Assembly: GCA_016839765.1 (NCBI GenBank)
Contig: JAEOTP010000012.1
Location: 64,001-128,000, forward strand
Source of the DNA: Promethearchaeota archaeon
GTDB lineage: Archaea; Asgardarchaeota; Lokiarchaeia; Sigyniarchaeales; SOKP01
Direction: 5' to 3'
DNA: 64,000 nt
A program made the translations under genes and the position numbers. Each line of letters starts with the position of its first letter. Position 1 is the stretch's first letter. The notes beneath the pieces were generated by a model, which saw only the letters and a program-made list of their open reading frames with translations, searched no databases and was not told where the DNA came from. This document shows positions 48,708 through 58,404 of this stretch, one piece after another.

Positions 48708-49484
48708 TTAGTCCTTTTTATTTGAACTATCACTCTCAGAATCTTTAGAAGCTTTTGCGTGGGCGTATTTTTTAACATTAATCCTTTCAGTTCTTCTAAT
48801 CTCACTTTTTCGCGAACGTTTTACTTCAACTTCAACAATATCAAAATCCTCTTCTTTAGGAATGTATAATTTATCTTCACCACCTTCAGGTATAGATAAT
48901 ATTTTACTCTTAACTATCGTACAATTAGATAATGGATAGATGGTTTTGGCAACTCTAGTAATTTGATTTTCAAATTCATGATAAATAATTCCATTAGAGA
49001 ACTTCTCATGGTTCAGATTTTTAGCAAATTCTTTAAGAATTTCCGAGATGATTTTTCTAATAATTACTTGCTGAGAACTTCTTGCTCTTCTTATTGTGGT
49101 ACATATGGTGGTAAGCCGGAAAGTCCATTTATCTTTTGTAGTTAGGTTTAGAATTACTTGAACTTTTGAACTTCCTCTCCCGATTAATGACCGTATATAA
49201 TCATTTGTATACTGATGACCCCAAAAAATGCTATTACATGTACTTCCTTCTGGATTCAAATCTACGATTTTAAATCTTAACTTTAAACTTATATCTGTAT
49301 AATCATTGGTGATATCATATAGTAGAATTTCAACTGTTCTTCCTAATATATTATTTTGGAATCCAATAACTTCCCCAATCTCTCTAAAATTGAAACTCTT
49401 TGGAGCTATTACAGTGAACCAATTCTTATCTTTGAAAGAAATTTTTTTAGTTTTAGGTTTCCTTTTTCTAGTTTTCTGACTCAT
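48708..49484 (-). CDS. rps3ae: 30S ribosomal protein eS1 (S3Ae) with charged C-terminal extension
   Basis: KNWFTVIAP, GRTVE, DYIRSLI and KTIYPL motifs. Follows uS15 in an operon. Confidence 0.93.
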   Translation of the reverse strand: MSQKTRKRKPKTKKISFKDKNWFTVIAPKSFNFREIGEVIGFQNNILGRTVEILLYDITNDYTDISLKLRFKIVDLNPEGSTCNSIFWGHQYTNDYIRSLIGRGSSKVQVILNLTTKDKWTFRLTTICTTIRRARSSQQVIIRKIISEILKEFAKNLNHEKFSNGIIYHEFENQITRVAKTIYPLSNCTIVKSKILSIPEGGEDKLYIPKEEDFDIVEVEVKRSRKSEIRRTERINVKKYAHAKASKDSESDSSNKKD

Positions 49485-49491
49485 TGTAAGA

Positions 49492-49950
49492 TTACCTCAT
49501 CACTATTGTTCTTATCTTTTCTGGATCGTATTTAAAGTCTGGTTCGAGTTCTCCCTTCTTTTTGTAATATTTGATTAGTCTATAAACTTTTGATTCAGTT
49601 CTATTAAGACCCTTTTTAGCTTCTAAATCTTTATGATTCGCTTCTAGGTGTTTTCTGATAGTTAATGCTTTTTTAACCAAATTTGATAAATCTTCAGGTA
49701 ATGGTGCTTCAATTTCATTTTCTTCAAGAATTTGGCTAATTGATTTACCAGTAACGACTTTTACCAATGGAACACCATAAGAATCTCGAAGAGTGGTACC
49801 TATTCTAGATTTAGAAATGCCTTTTCTAGCTAATTTTACCACTTCACTTTCTACTTCTTCTCCGCTAAGTTCCACCCAAACAGGCTTTTCCAGTCTTGCC
49901 GGGCGTTTTGAACCAGATCTTCCTCTCTTTCTACTATGCATTCGAGCCAT
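49492..49950 (-). CDS. rps15: 30S ribosomal protein uS15 (S13e-type)
   Basis: MARMHSRKRGRSGS, LRDSYG, PEDL, HLEANHKD and ESKVYRLIKYYK motifs. Confidence 0.97.
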   Translation of the reverse strand: MARMHSRKRGRSGSKRPARLEKPVWVELSGEEVESEVVKLARKGISKSRIGTTLRDSYGVPLVKVVTGKSISQILEENEIEAPLPEDLSNLVKKALTIRKHLEANHKDLEAKKGLNRTESKVYRLIKYYKKKGELEPDFKYDPEKIRTIVMR

Positions 49951-50090
49951 GATATCACAGCAATATTCTGTTGATCATAAATTAGATATAAATTTAAATG
50001 AACTCTCCAAAATAAAATTTTGGAATTTAAATTTAATATTAGAGGAAATTAGAACTATATCTAAATAAACCTTAGAGAATTATAGCAATT

Positions 50091-50675
50091 ATGAAAAACG
50101 AGGAAGATGTAATTTATTTTATTACAACAAATAAATATAAATTTAATGAAATAAAAAAGTTGTTTGAAAATGAGAAAATCCCTTATCAACTAAAACAGCT
50201 AAATCTTGAAACCATTGAGATACAAACAGAATCAGTAAAAGAAAATGCTTCTTTTAAATTAAATAATGCAAAATCAAAAGTTAATTGCTCTTGTTTTGTA
50301 GAAGATGCAGGATTTTTTGTCGATGATCCTCTTAATGGATTTCCTGGATTGTATTCCTCTTATGTATTTAAAACTATAGGAAATGAGGGGATTTTACGAT
50401 TAATTAATAATTTTAAACAGTCTAAAGCTCATTTTATTGCGATTATTGCCTTATTTTTCAAGCCTTTAAATAAAGATTTCCTTTTTGAGGGAAGAGTAGA
50501 GGGAAGAGTATCAGAGAGAATAAAGGGCTCCAGAGGATTTGGATTTGATCCTATTTTCATCCCCAATAAAATTCACAATAAGACATTTGCAGAACTAAAA
50601 ATAGAAGAAAAGAATAAAATTTCCCATAGAGGGAAAGCTTGGAAAGAAATGATTAAATTCCTTAAAAAAAATTGA
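50091..50675 (+). CDS. rdgB: RdgB/HAM1 non-canonical purine NTP pyrophosphatase
   Basis: TTNKYK, EDAG, GFPGLYS, GFGFDPIF and KISHRGKA motifs. Confidence 0.93.
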   Translation: MKNEEDVIYFITTNKYKFNEIKKLFENEKIPYQLKQLNLETIEIQTESVKENASFKLNNAKSKVNCSCFVEDAGFFVDDPLNGFPGLYSSYVFKTIGNEGILRLINNFKQSKAHFIAIIALFFKPLNKDFLFEGRVEGRVSERIKGSRGFGFDPIFIPNKIHNKTFAELKIEEKNKISHRGKAWKEMIKFLKKN

Positions 50676-50683
50676 AAAACATA

Positions 50684-53659
50684 TTAAAATGTTTGCCTAA
50701 AGATATCCATAATCGTTTGCCTACTCAGCCGTATTAATATTATGTACATACCTATAAATCCTACTAATATTGAGATGAAATAAACTCTTAATAATACATC
50801 AACTGGCACCTCAAAAACGATTGGCATCTCTGTCATTAAGCCTAGATTCGTTTCTAGCAAATAAGCGCAATACGTTCCAATTATTGTCCCCATTGTTCCG
50901 CTGGATAGCATTAAAATCATACTTTCTATAAGGAATAATTTCCTAACATTTTTAACTTTCATTCCGACAGACCTTAAAATACCAATTTCAAATTTTCTTT
51001 CAAGCATTACTGCATACATAGAACTGATTAGGCCAAAGACGGCAATAGCAATAGCGAACCAATTAATAACCTCCATTAAGGTACTTTGCCGCTCATACAT
51101 ATCATTAAGAAAGATTATTTTCGAGATAGCATCATCTATAAAAAAATCTTTATCTTGATATGTGGATTGAATCTCTTCTTTAGTTTCTTCAATGCTTCCT
51201 TCAGAATCATCTAGTAGATTGATAAAAATTTTATCTACTGTCATATCTGGGCTTCCTGGATTTTCAATATCCATTAATCGCATATAATTCTCCAAAGAAA
51301 CAATAATTCCGCTCCCTGCAGCCATTGAGACAGAACTTCTAATATTCCAGAACCCTGGAATTCCACCAGAAATTCCAGCAACCGTAAAACTTAAAGGATC
51401 TCTCACTTGGTCCCCCTTTTCATTCCCAGTTTCATTCTCATAAAAAGAAATCAATATTTTTTCGCCAATCTCTTTAATCCCAAGAACAGTTGCGAGTGAT
51501 CCTGAGATAATACACGTATCATTATGATTAAAAAGTTGATTGAAAGAATATTCGTTTCCACTTCCTGGACTATTCCAAATGATAAGATTTTTATCTACTA
51601 AATCAATAAAATCTTCTTCAATTCCAATAAGACCAACTTCAAACTCTTCAAAAACAATCAGATCTGAGGCCCTCGTTTTATATTTCCTTTCTGATTGTTC
51701 TGAATAAAATTCAAAAACATTTAGAAAAGCTTCGTTTAGTGATTCTTCATCAAACATTCCTCCTTCACTAAAGTCATAGATTACTGATAAAACTGATGTT
51801 ATATCAAACATATTATACAGCGTTATTGCTACGTCATCTACACCTGGAAGAATCTTAATTTCCTCTGCCATTTCTGAAGTAACAGCATTGGGGTCCCCTT
51901 CTAATCCTTGATTAATTAAAACTAGATCTGAGCCATATTGGAATCTTAAATTTAATGACATATTTTCAGACTCCATCTCAGTTACACTAGTTATAAAGAA
52001 GATAAATGAAAAGCTAATTGCAAACATAACTATAGTGCTTGTATTACGTCTTCTATTGCGCTTTAAAGAAATTTTTATAATATTAGCATATTTTCTTATT
52101 GTAGGTTTAATAAGTCCAAGGAATATTTGTTGAATTAGAGGAACAATTCCAACTGACGCAAAAACAAAACCAATTAGGATAGCACCTAGCAATCCGATAA
52201 ATAATCCCGCAATTAACATAAAATCACCACTAACGAATACAGTAGGTAAAAGAACGAAAACTACCATACCAATTGTGGCAATAGAGATTCCTACAAGAAA
52301 ACTTTTAACATTAATACTTCCTTCTTTCTTAACTTCCCATCCTTCTTCCTTTGCATGAAAGGGAGTAATTGATTTTATTAAATTCATTTTAGCAGTCTTA
52401 AGAGCGGGTAATACAGAAACACCTAAGGCGCCACCAGCTCCTATTGAGAACGCAAGAAGAATTGTTTGAGGTTGAATAATATATTCTACATTTTGCAATG
52501 GAAAACCAGTCACTACGAATAAAAAATTAATTATGGGAGGAGTAAATATCAGTCCTATAATAATTCCTAAAAGTGAACCGATGGTTCCGATTAAAGCACC
52601 TTCAAACACAACCACTTTAACAGGAAAAGTCTTTTTCCCACCAACTACTCGAAGAATTCCGTATTCGCGAACTCTTTCTTCAGTTGAGGTTGATAATATT
52701 GAGTTTATCAATATCCCCGTAATAAGCATACCAATAATCGTAATGAACCAAAAAATAACAGTCATAGCAATTAGCATGAATTCTTCAGCACCTATTTCTT
52801 CAAGTTTAGGCAGTGAAACACTAAATTCATTTATATCTAAATTAGATTGTATAAGTGTACCAATTTCTCGTAATTTTTTCTTAGTTTCATCAATATTTCG
52901 TATATCATATATTCTCTCGGGGTTTTCTAAGGTACCATAAATGAAATTGATTTCCTTTTTTCCTGTTACAAGAAAAGACTGTGCTTGCTGTAGATTAACT
53001 AATATCAATGACTTTTCTAAATCTGTGAACTTTAAATCTTGTTCACAAATCGCGACAACTTCTAAATTAATATCATCTAAATATTCTAGATGGATAAAAT
53101 CACCTATAGTCAAATTCATTAAGTCAGCAACTCTCCATAAGATCACACACTGTCCATTAGCAGGTTCGTCTAAATAACGGCTTCCAGTTTTAAGTCCATT
53201 TTCATCAACTAATGCTAAATCTCCCATGTGACCATTACTAGCCTCTTTTAAAAAATCTAAGCCATACAATTGTAAAGTTGAATTTGTAGAAGATTTATTT
53301 GAAGATGCTCGGACTAGCATCATTATCCTTGGGAAGAATTCTTCAACCCCTTCAATGTCTTGTAAATCATTATTTATGATGTCTTCATCAAAGTAAGGAC
53401 TAAAACTAATATCTGTCTGTATTCTTTTAGAAATCATAATATCAGCATTTCCAGTACTACTGGTTATTATTTGCATGTAATTATATGACATTGTATCATT
53501 TACCATCCCAATTGCAGTTAATAAAACGATTGAGATCATAATTCCTAATATAGCAAATATTGCTTTTGCGCGATCTCTCTTTAAATTAAGCCATGTATGC
53601 TTTATGAATTGGAGTTTAAACTTATTCCTAATTTTATATAACGTTCTTTTTAATCCCAA
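50684..53659 (-). CDS. FtsX/MacB-type ABC transporter permease (duplicated, about 11 TM)
   Basis: Two FtsX signatures (ERVREYGILRVVG, ERKFEIGILRSVG), each after a large extracellular domain. NLKRDRAK and SLKRNRRR helices precede TM1 of each half. Confidence 0.9.
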   Translation of the reverse strand: MGLKRTLYKIRNKFKLQFIKHTWLNLKRDRAKAIFAILGIMISIVLLTAIGMVNDTMSYNYMQIITSSTGNADIMISKRIQTDISFSPYFDEDIINNDLQDIEGVEEFFPRIMMLVRASSNKSSTNSTLQLYGLDFLKEASNGHMGDLALVDENGLKTGSRYLDEPANGQCVILWRVADLMNLTIGDFIHLEYLDDINLEVVAICEQDLKFTDLEKSLILVNLQQAQSFLVTGKKEINFIYGTLENPERIYDIRNIDETKKKLREIGTLIQSNLDINEFSVSLPKLEEIGAEEFMLIAMTVIFWFITIIGMLITGILINSILSTSTEERVREYGILRVVGGKKTFPVKVVVFEGALIGTIGSLLGIIIGLIFTPPIINFLFVVTGFPLQNVEYIIQPQTILLAFSIGAGGALGVSVLPALKTAKMNLIKSITPFHAKEEGWEVKKEGSINVKSFLVGISIATIGMVVFVLLPTVFVSGDFMLIAGLFIGLLGAILIGFVFASVGIVPLIQQIFLGLIKPTIRKYANIIKISLKRNRRRNTSTIVMFAISFSFIFFITSVTEMESENMSLNLRFQYGSDLVLINQGLEGDPNAVTSEMAEEIKILPGVDDVAITLYNMFDITSVLSVIYDFSEGGMFDEESLNEAFLNVFEFYSEQSERKYKTRASDLIVFEEFEVGLIGIEEDFIDLVDKNLIIWNSPGSGNEYSFNQLFNHNDTCIISGSLATVLGIKEIGEKILISFYENETGNEKGDQVRDPLSFTVAGISGGIPGFWNIRSSVSMAAGSGIIVSLENYMRLMDIENPGSPDMTVDKIFINLLDDSEGSIEETKEEIQSTYQDKDFFIDDAISKIIFLNDMYERQSTLMEVINWFAIAIAVFGLISSMYAVMLERKFEIGILRSVGMKVKNVRKLFLIESMILMLSSGTMGTIIGTYCAYLLETNLGLMTEMPIVFEVPVDVLLRVYFISILVGFIGMYIILIRLSRQTIMDIFRQTF

Positions 53660-53692
53660 CTTATCACTTCAAATTTTAATTTTTTTATTAAT

Positions 53693-56600
53693 TTAATCTA
53701 ATATACTGAATTTATTTCTTTTTCGATCAAATTTTCGAAGAATAATACCCTCATTTTCCAATATTTCCTTTATATCTTCCCCCTCTCTTCTAAATAATCT
53801 AATATTTTTGCAGGTTTTACTTTTACAATAATAATCCTCAGCGGGTTCATCTTTAAAATACCACTTATTACAATTTATGCAATTATAGGCGGCATAAATC
53901 TGATCATGTTCACAAATAGGACATATATAATCGAATTTATTTGATTCAAACCATGATTTACAAAATTTACAATAAAGTATTAGAGGTCTACTCCTTTCTT
54001 CCTCTAATTTAACTAATTCAACCATTCTCATTTTCTGAATTTTATCAAGTCCAATTTTTTCAGTGCTTATTTTCTTAATTTTTTCTTTCCAAATCCTTCT
54101 TTTCTTTTTAGCTATTTTATAAATGATAAAACCAAAAATAATTAAACTTAGAAAAACCACTACCCAAGGTCCCCAAGTGCGCCAGTTAAAAAATCCATTT
54201 TGCACGACTACACTAATAGTTGCATCCTCTCTATTCCCCTCTTTATCAAAAGCGGTTACTGTTATCTCGTGTTTTCCATCAGAGTAATAAGTAGTATCCC
54301 AATTATATTCTAAAATTCCTGTATCTCTGTCAAAACTATATAATTGTCTCTCTACAAGTACTCCATCTAAATAGATATAAATCCTTGAGCTATCTAAGTT
54401 AATATTATCCGACAAATTTGCTTTTATGGTATAAATTGAACTTACAGTCTGTTGATTTAATGGGCTAATAATGTAAACATTTGGATTTATAAAATCTGTT
54501 GTTTCATCATAACCAATATATATATTTGATAAAAGCCATCCATATCCTAGAAGAGTCGTCTCATCATCAGAATTTACGGTAAACATAACCATAATTATTT
54601 CATCCGTATATTCGGAGAGATCTATAGACTCATTCCCTGATATTTCAGAATAATATTCTTTTAAAATAATCCAATTTTCTCCATAATCTATTGACAAGGA
54701 GATAATACAACTATCTAAGTCTTCTTGTAGATCAATTTCATAATCAAATTTTAAATAGCAATTATATTCACCTCTTAGATATAGTGGATATGTAATTAAT
54801 TTCGCATCCCAGTTTGGTCCATATCCTTGATATATACTTTTATAACTATTTCCTCTACCTCCATAAATATAATCTTGTTGATATCGTTTAATCGGATGCC
54901 ATGTATTATCTCCATTAAACCAAGCAGTATTTTCTTTAGGATTTGGGGTTCCTACAACATAATAATCTGTCATAATATTGCTTGAAAATCGAAATCCAAT
55001 CAATTTACCGCTAGAATTTAAATTAAATTGGTAAGGTATAGGATTAATGAAACTAAAGAGGGTGTTGTTAACATTGAACCATTCGGTAGAATTAATATGT
55101 ATGCCATCAGATGCATGAAATCTAAAAGTATGGTTATCAATCTCGCCTAATAATAATGATCTGGCAAATTTAATATTTAAACTAGAATTCCAATGTCCAA
55201 ACACGTTATACATTGAATAATTAGCTCCATCCATTTCGATATATACAAAATCTGGGTAATCATTATCCCTATCAAAATACTCGCAAGAAAAACCAAATTT
55301 TTCGAATTTTGAACCATTAAATGAGGAAATATTCTGGCTTAAATCAAAATAGATGCGAGGGGTATATAAATTTGTATAATTTGTTAGTTCAAAACAATCC
55401 AGCATGAGCCCCTTGTAATTCACAGGGTCAGAATTATTATTCAAAAATGAAGTGAATCTGAATTGAATAAAATTTCCAATATATTCGGTTAAATTAAATT
55501 CTTCAATATGCCATTCTCTTTCTTCATTAGTAAATATTCTTAGTGTAATCCAATTCGTCCAATTCAAACCGATTTCTAAGATTATTAAATCTCCTATATT
55601 AATACTTGTTCTCAATCCAAATTTAGCATAGGGTGTCGTAAGATTCTCATTTAATTGAGTTAAATCAAATAGTGGACTAAGTAATGTTCCATCTGGATAA
55701 GGTTCTGTAATTAAAGAAGGTTGATATGAATAATTCATTGGATAATTATGGAATGCACCAAAATATATAGACGTCCAATTATTTTCATAACTATTGGCGC
55801 GATTATCAACAGAATTATATTGTTTTAACAGCCCCCATCCTGTACCATTAAAAGTCCAATTTCCCAAGCTAGTGTTAAAACTATGATAATTTGGAAACTT
55901 TTCAGAGTCGTAGGGATATTCTATGAGAATAGAAAATTCACCGATTTCGGGGTATCTTGTTGTATGCGAGCCATCACTTGCAATAAAATAATAATGGTAA
56001 GTCATAGGAACTGGTAATTTAAGGTAGTCGCTAATAAACAACGCTCCATTCATATAATTATTATCCGACTCATTATCTTGAGATAATGAGTAATTCATAG
56101 AGAGTTCGATAATCGATACATATACTTCTTGAGGTGGGACGTTAGCTGAGTCATTATCAAAATAGTTAATATAGAACCGATAACTATCAATCGAATAATT
56201 CTTAGGACGATAACTCCCTGAATACTCTTGAAATCCCATGACTGTAGTATTTTTACTTTTGGTATCTCCAGAATATAAAATCTCAGGAGTTTCTAATTGA
56301 GGCGCATAACTGTTATTGACAATTGAAACTTTTAAACTAAAATTAACATAACCATTAATAGCTTTTACCACAATAATAGATTCGGTTTGACTCTGCTTAG
56401 GAGTAAAATAAAATGAACTTGAATTACTATAATGTAGTATGATTGGCTCTCCATTCCCCTTAGATTCATTTGAAAATAAGAATAGATCAAAATCTCCTGT
56501 TGTGTCCTTACTTGTAATATTAAAAAGGTATTGTTTATCTGGCTTCAAAACTACTCTTCTTGCGAAAGCATGCTTAGCGAGGGGATTTTCTTGTGAACTA

Positions 56601-58399
56601 TATAAATAATCGCTAATTGAAGTATTTACATTTAAATATTTCGTCAAAGCATCAATGGCCACCTGAAGATTAATTCTACCATACCCTTCATGTTCATCTT
56701 TTATACGGCTTAAATTTCCTGAAAAACTTGTAGGGGAACGTTGACTCTCATCAACACTAGTTAGAGGATCATTCTCTCTTTGGAGATTGGTTTCAGATGC
56801 TGTCATTAATAGAGTTGATTTGATAATTCCTTCTCTTTCATGGGGATCTTGATTCTCCCATCCATTCCAATCACCCCATATTGCTTCAATTAAAACATTT
56901 GTAGCAGCAGATACTATAGCTGTAGATATAGAAGTTCCAAATGCTGAAGTTGTTGAATTAGATTTAGGATCTGCGCTAATTATCGTCCTATGGTTTTTTA
57001 ATTTACTACCACCGGGAGCAAGAATATCTATCTGTTGCCCTATTCCACTATAGGAAGTAATTTGATCATTATCATTGATAGCTCCTACAACTATAGCATC
57101 ATTTGCTATAGCCAGTTTATTCAAAGTTGATTGTGTACTCGATACACCTCTATTTCCCGCAGCAATAATTACAATGATCCCATTTTTAATAACATCATCT
57201 ATTACCTTATTGATGGCCCCAAAATTATCTCCAAAAGTACCAATGCTTAAACAAGTACTTACAATATGGTGTTTACTTCTATTTTGGATTATGCTTCCTA
57301 AAGCAGAAATTAAATCAGAAACATACCCCTTGCCCGTTTCATTAACTATTTTATACGCTAAGATTTTAGAACTATTTGCAATACCTGTATAGTGATTATT
57401 ATTTTTTACATAAAATTCTGGAAAAAATAAAGCACTCGAATTAAAAGTGAATATTGGAAATTTATTGGTTTTATGGTATTTAATATAAAGATCATAGACA
57501 CCTAAACCACTCTCAGAAACTTGATGTATTATTACATTCCTTTGAGTAGGAATAACATTGCTAGAAGAATTGACTAAAATATTATCACAGTATAATTCAA
57601 ACCAAAATCCATCAATCCCATCTTTTAATATATTCCATGATGAATTTAAGATAATTTTTGAATTGATTTTAGACGTATTAAAGGAGAAAACTTTTATGGT
57701 AAAATTGTTTGGGCTTGGATCAGATCCAAATAAATCTAAATGGGAATAGTTGCCATAGAGATTTACCATGGAAGGAGTGCTTGAATTGTACAAATCAGAA
57801 CCCGTGCCCGTAATAATGGATGAAATTAATGTCCCATGGCCAAAATCATCTGAAATTGATTTATCATCAATAAAGCTCTGCCAACCAGAAATTTTATCTT
57901 TTAAAAAAATGTGATTCAAGTTTACGCCACTATCTAAAACTGCAATAGAAGAATCTGTGTTTCCAGTATAACCATTAAGGTACCAAGTTGAATTCTTTGC
58001 TCCCGTTTGAAAACTAGCATAATTCATCTGGGTTTCAATTATTTCATCTATTTCAATATTTATATCAGGAAATTCATTTCTAAAGAGAGTAATGTTCTCG
58101 TTAGGTATAATACCAGCAAAACCAGATATTGAACTAAATATATTATTCCAGTCATTTTCAGGTTTCACTACTCCTCCATAATATTCAAACCTTAATTTGA
58201 CATTTTGATTGTATGAGGATTGATTGAAGAAAACAATGATCTTTTCTTTATTTGTATCCGAAATTTGAACTTCAAATTTTTCTTCACTATAATCGAAAAA
58301 ATCAGATGCAGAATATAGATTAAGATATAATACCAAAAACCCTAGATTTGAAAATATAATTAATATTAATAAAATAACACCATTTAGCTTCTTTTTCAG
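53693..58399 (-). CDS. Membrane-anchored multidomain S8 (subtilase) serine peptidase with cytoplasmic Cys-rich zinc-finger tail
   Basis: Triad IAVLDSG / GHGT / FGTSIS and oxyanion AAGN. Repeated Ig-like and MAM-like domains, TM WVVVFLSLIIFGFIIY, tail CKFC-CPIC-CINC-CKSKTC. The track start is TTG 58336; in-frame CTG at 58399 restores a signal peptide. Confidence 0.88.
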   Translation of the reverse strand: MKKKLNGVILLILIIFSNLGFLVLYLNLYSASDFFDYSEEKFEVQISDTNKEKIIVFFNQSSYNQNVKLRFEYYGGVVKPENDWNNIFSSISGFAGIIPNENITLFRNEFPDINIEIDEIIETQMNYASFQTGAKNSTWYLNGYTGNTDSSIAVLDSGVNLNHIFLKDKISGWQSFIDDKSISDDFGHGTLISSIITGTGSDLYNSSTPSMVNLYGNYSHLDLFGSDPSPNNFTIKVFSFNTSKINSKIILNSSWNILKDGIDGFWFELYCDNILVNSSSNVIPTQRNVIIHQVSESGLGVYDLYIKYHKTNKFPIFTFNSSALFFPEFYVKNNNHYTGIANSSKILAYKIVNETGKGYVSDLISALGSIIQNRSKHHIVSTCLSIGTFGDNFGAINKVIDDVIKNGIIVIIAAGNRGVSSTQSTLNKLAIANDAIVVGAINDNDQITSYSGIGQQIDILAPGGSKLKNHRTIISADPKSNSTTSAFGTSISTAIVSAATNVLIEAIWGDWNGWENQDPHEREGIIKSTLLMTASETNLQRENDPLTSVDESQRSPTSFSGNLSRIKDEHEGYGRINLQVAIDALTKYLNVNTSISDYLYSSQENPLAKHAFARRVVLKPDKQYLFNITSKDTTGDFDLFLFSNESKGNGEPIILHYSNSSSFYFTPKQSQTESIIVVKAINGYVNFSLKVSIVNNSYAPQLETPEILYSGDTKSKNTTVMGFQEYSGSYRPKNYSIDSYRFYINYFDNDSANVPPQEVYVSIIELSMNYSLSQDNESDNNYMNGALFISDYLKLPVPMTYHYYFIASDGSHTTRYPEIGEFSILIEYPYDSEKFPNYHSFNTSLGNWTFNGTGWGLLKQYNSVDNRANSYENNWTSIYFGAFHNYPMNYSYQPSLITEPYPDGTLLSPLFDLTQLNENLTTPYAKFGLRTSINIGDLIILEIGLNWTNWITLRIFTNEEREWHIEEFNLTEYIGNFIQFRFTSFLNNNSDPVNYKGLMLDCFELTNYTNLYTPRIYFDLSQNISSFNGSKFEKFGFSCEYFDRDNDYPDFVYIEMDGANYSMYNVFGHWNSSLNIKFARSLLLGEIDNHTFRFHASDGIHINSTEWFNVNNTLFSFINPIPYQFNLNSSGKLIGFRFSSNIMTDYYVVGTPNPKENTAWFNGDNTWHPIKRYQQDYIYGGRGNSYKSIYQGYGPNWDAKLITYPLYLRGEYNCYLKFDYEIDLQEDLDSCIISLSIDYGENWIILKEYYSEISGNESIDLSEYTDEIIMVMFTVNSDDETTLLGYGWLLSNIYIGYDETTDFINPNVYIISPLNQQTVSSIYTIKANLSDNINLDSSRIYIYLDGVLVERQLYSFDRDTGILEYNWDTTYYSDGKHEITVTAFDKEGNREDATISVVVQNGFFNWRTWGPWVVVFLSLIIFGFIIYKIAKKKRRIWKEKIKKISTEKIGLDKIQKMRMVELVKLEEERSRPLILYCKFCKSWFESNKFDYICPICEHDQIYAAYNCINCNKWYFKDEPAEDYYCKSKTCKNIRLFRREGEDIKEILENEGIILRKFDRKRNKFSILD

Positions 58400-58404
58400 T
58401 GTCT

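Noticed and set aside
49951-49976. Small hairpin just upstream of uS15, a candidate autoregulatory leader
   Set aside because: Only 7 bp with a bulge. TATA-like elements at about 49987-49998 suggest the transcript starts inside it. Covariation data would be needed.
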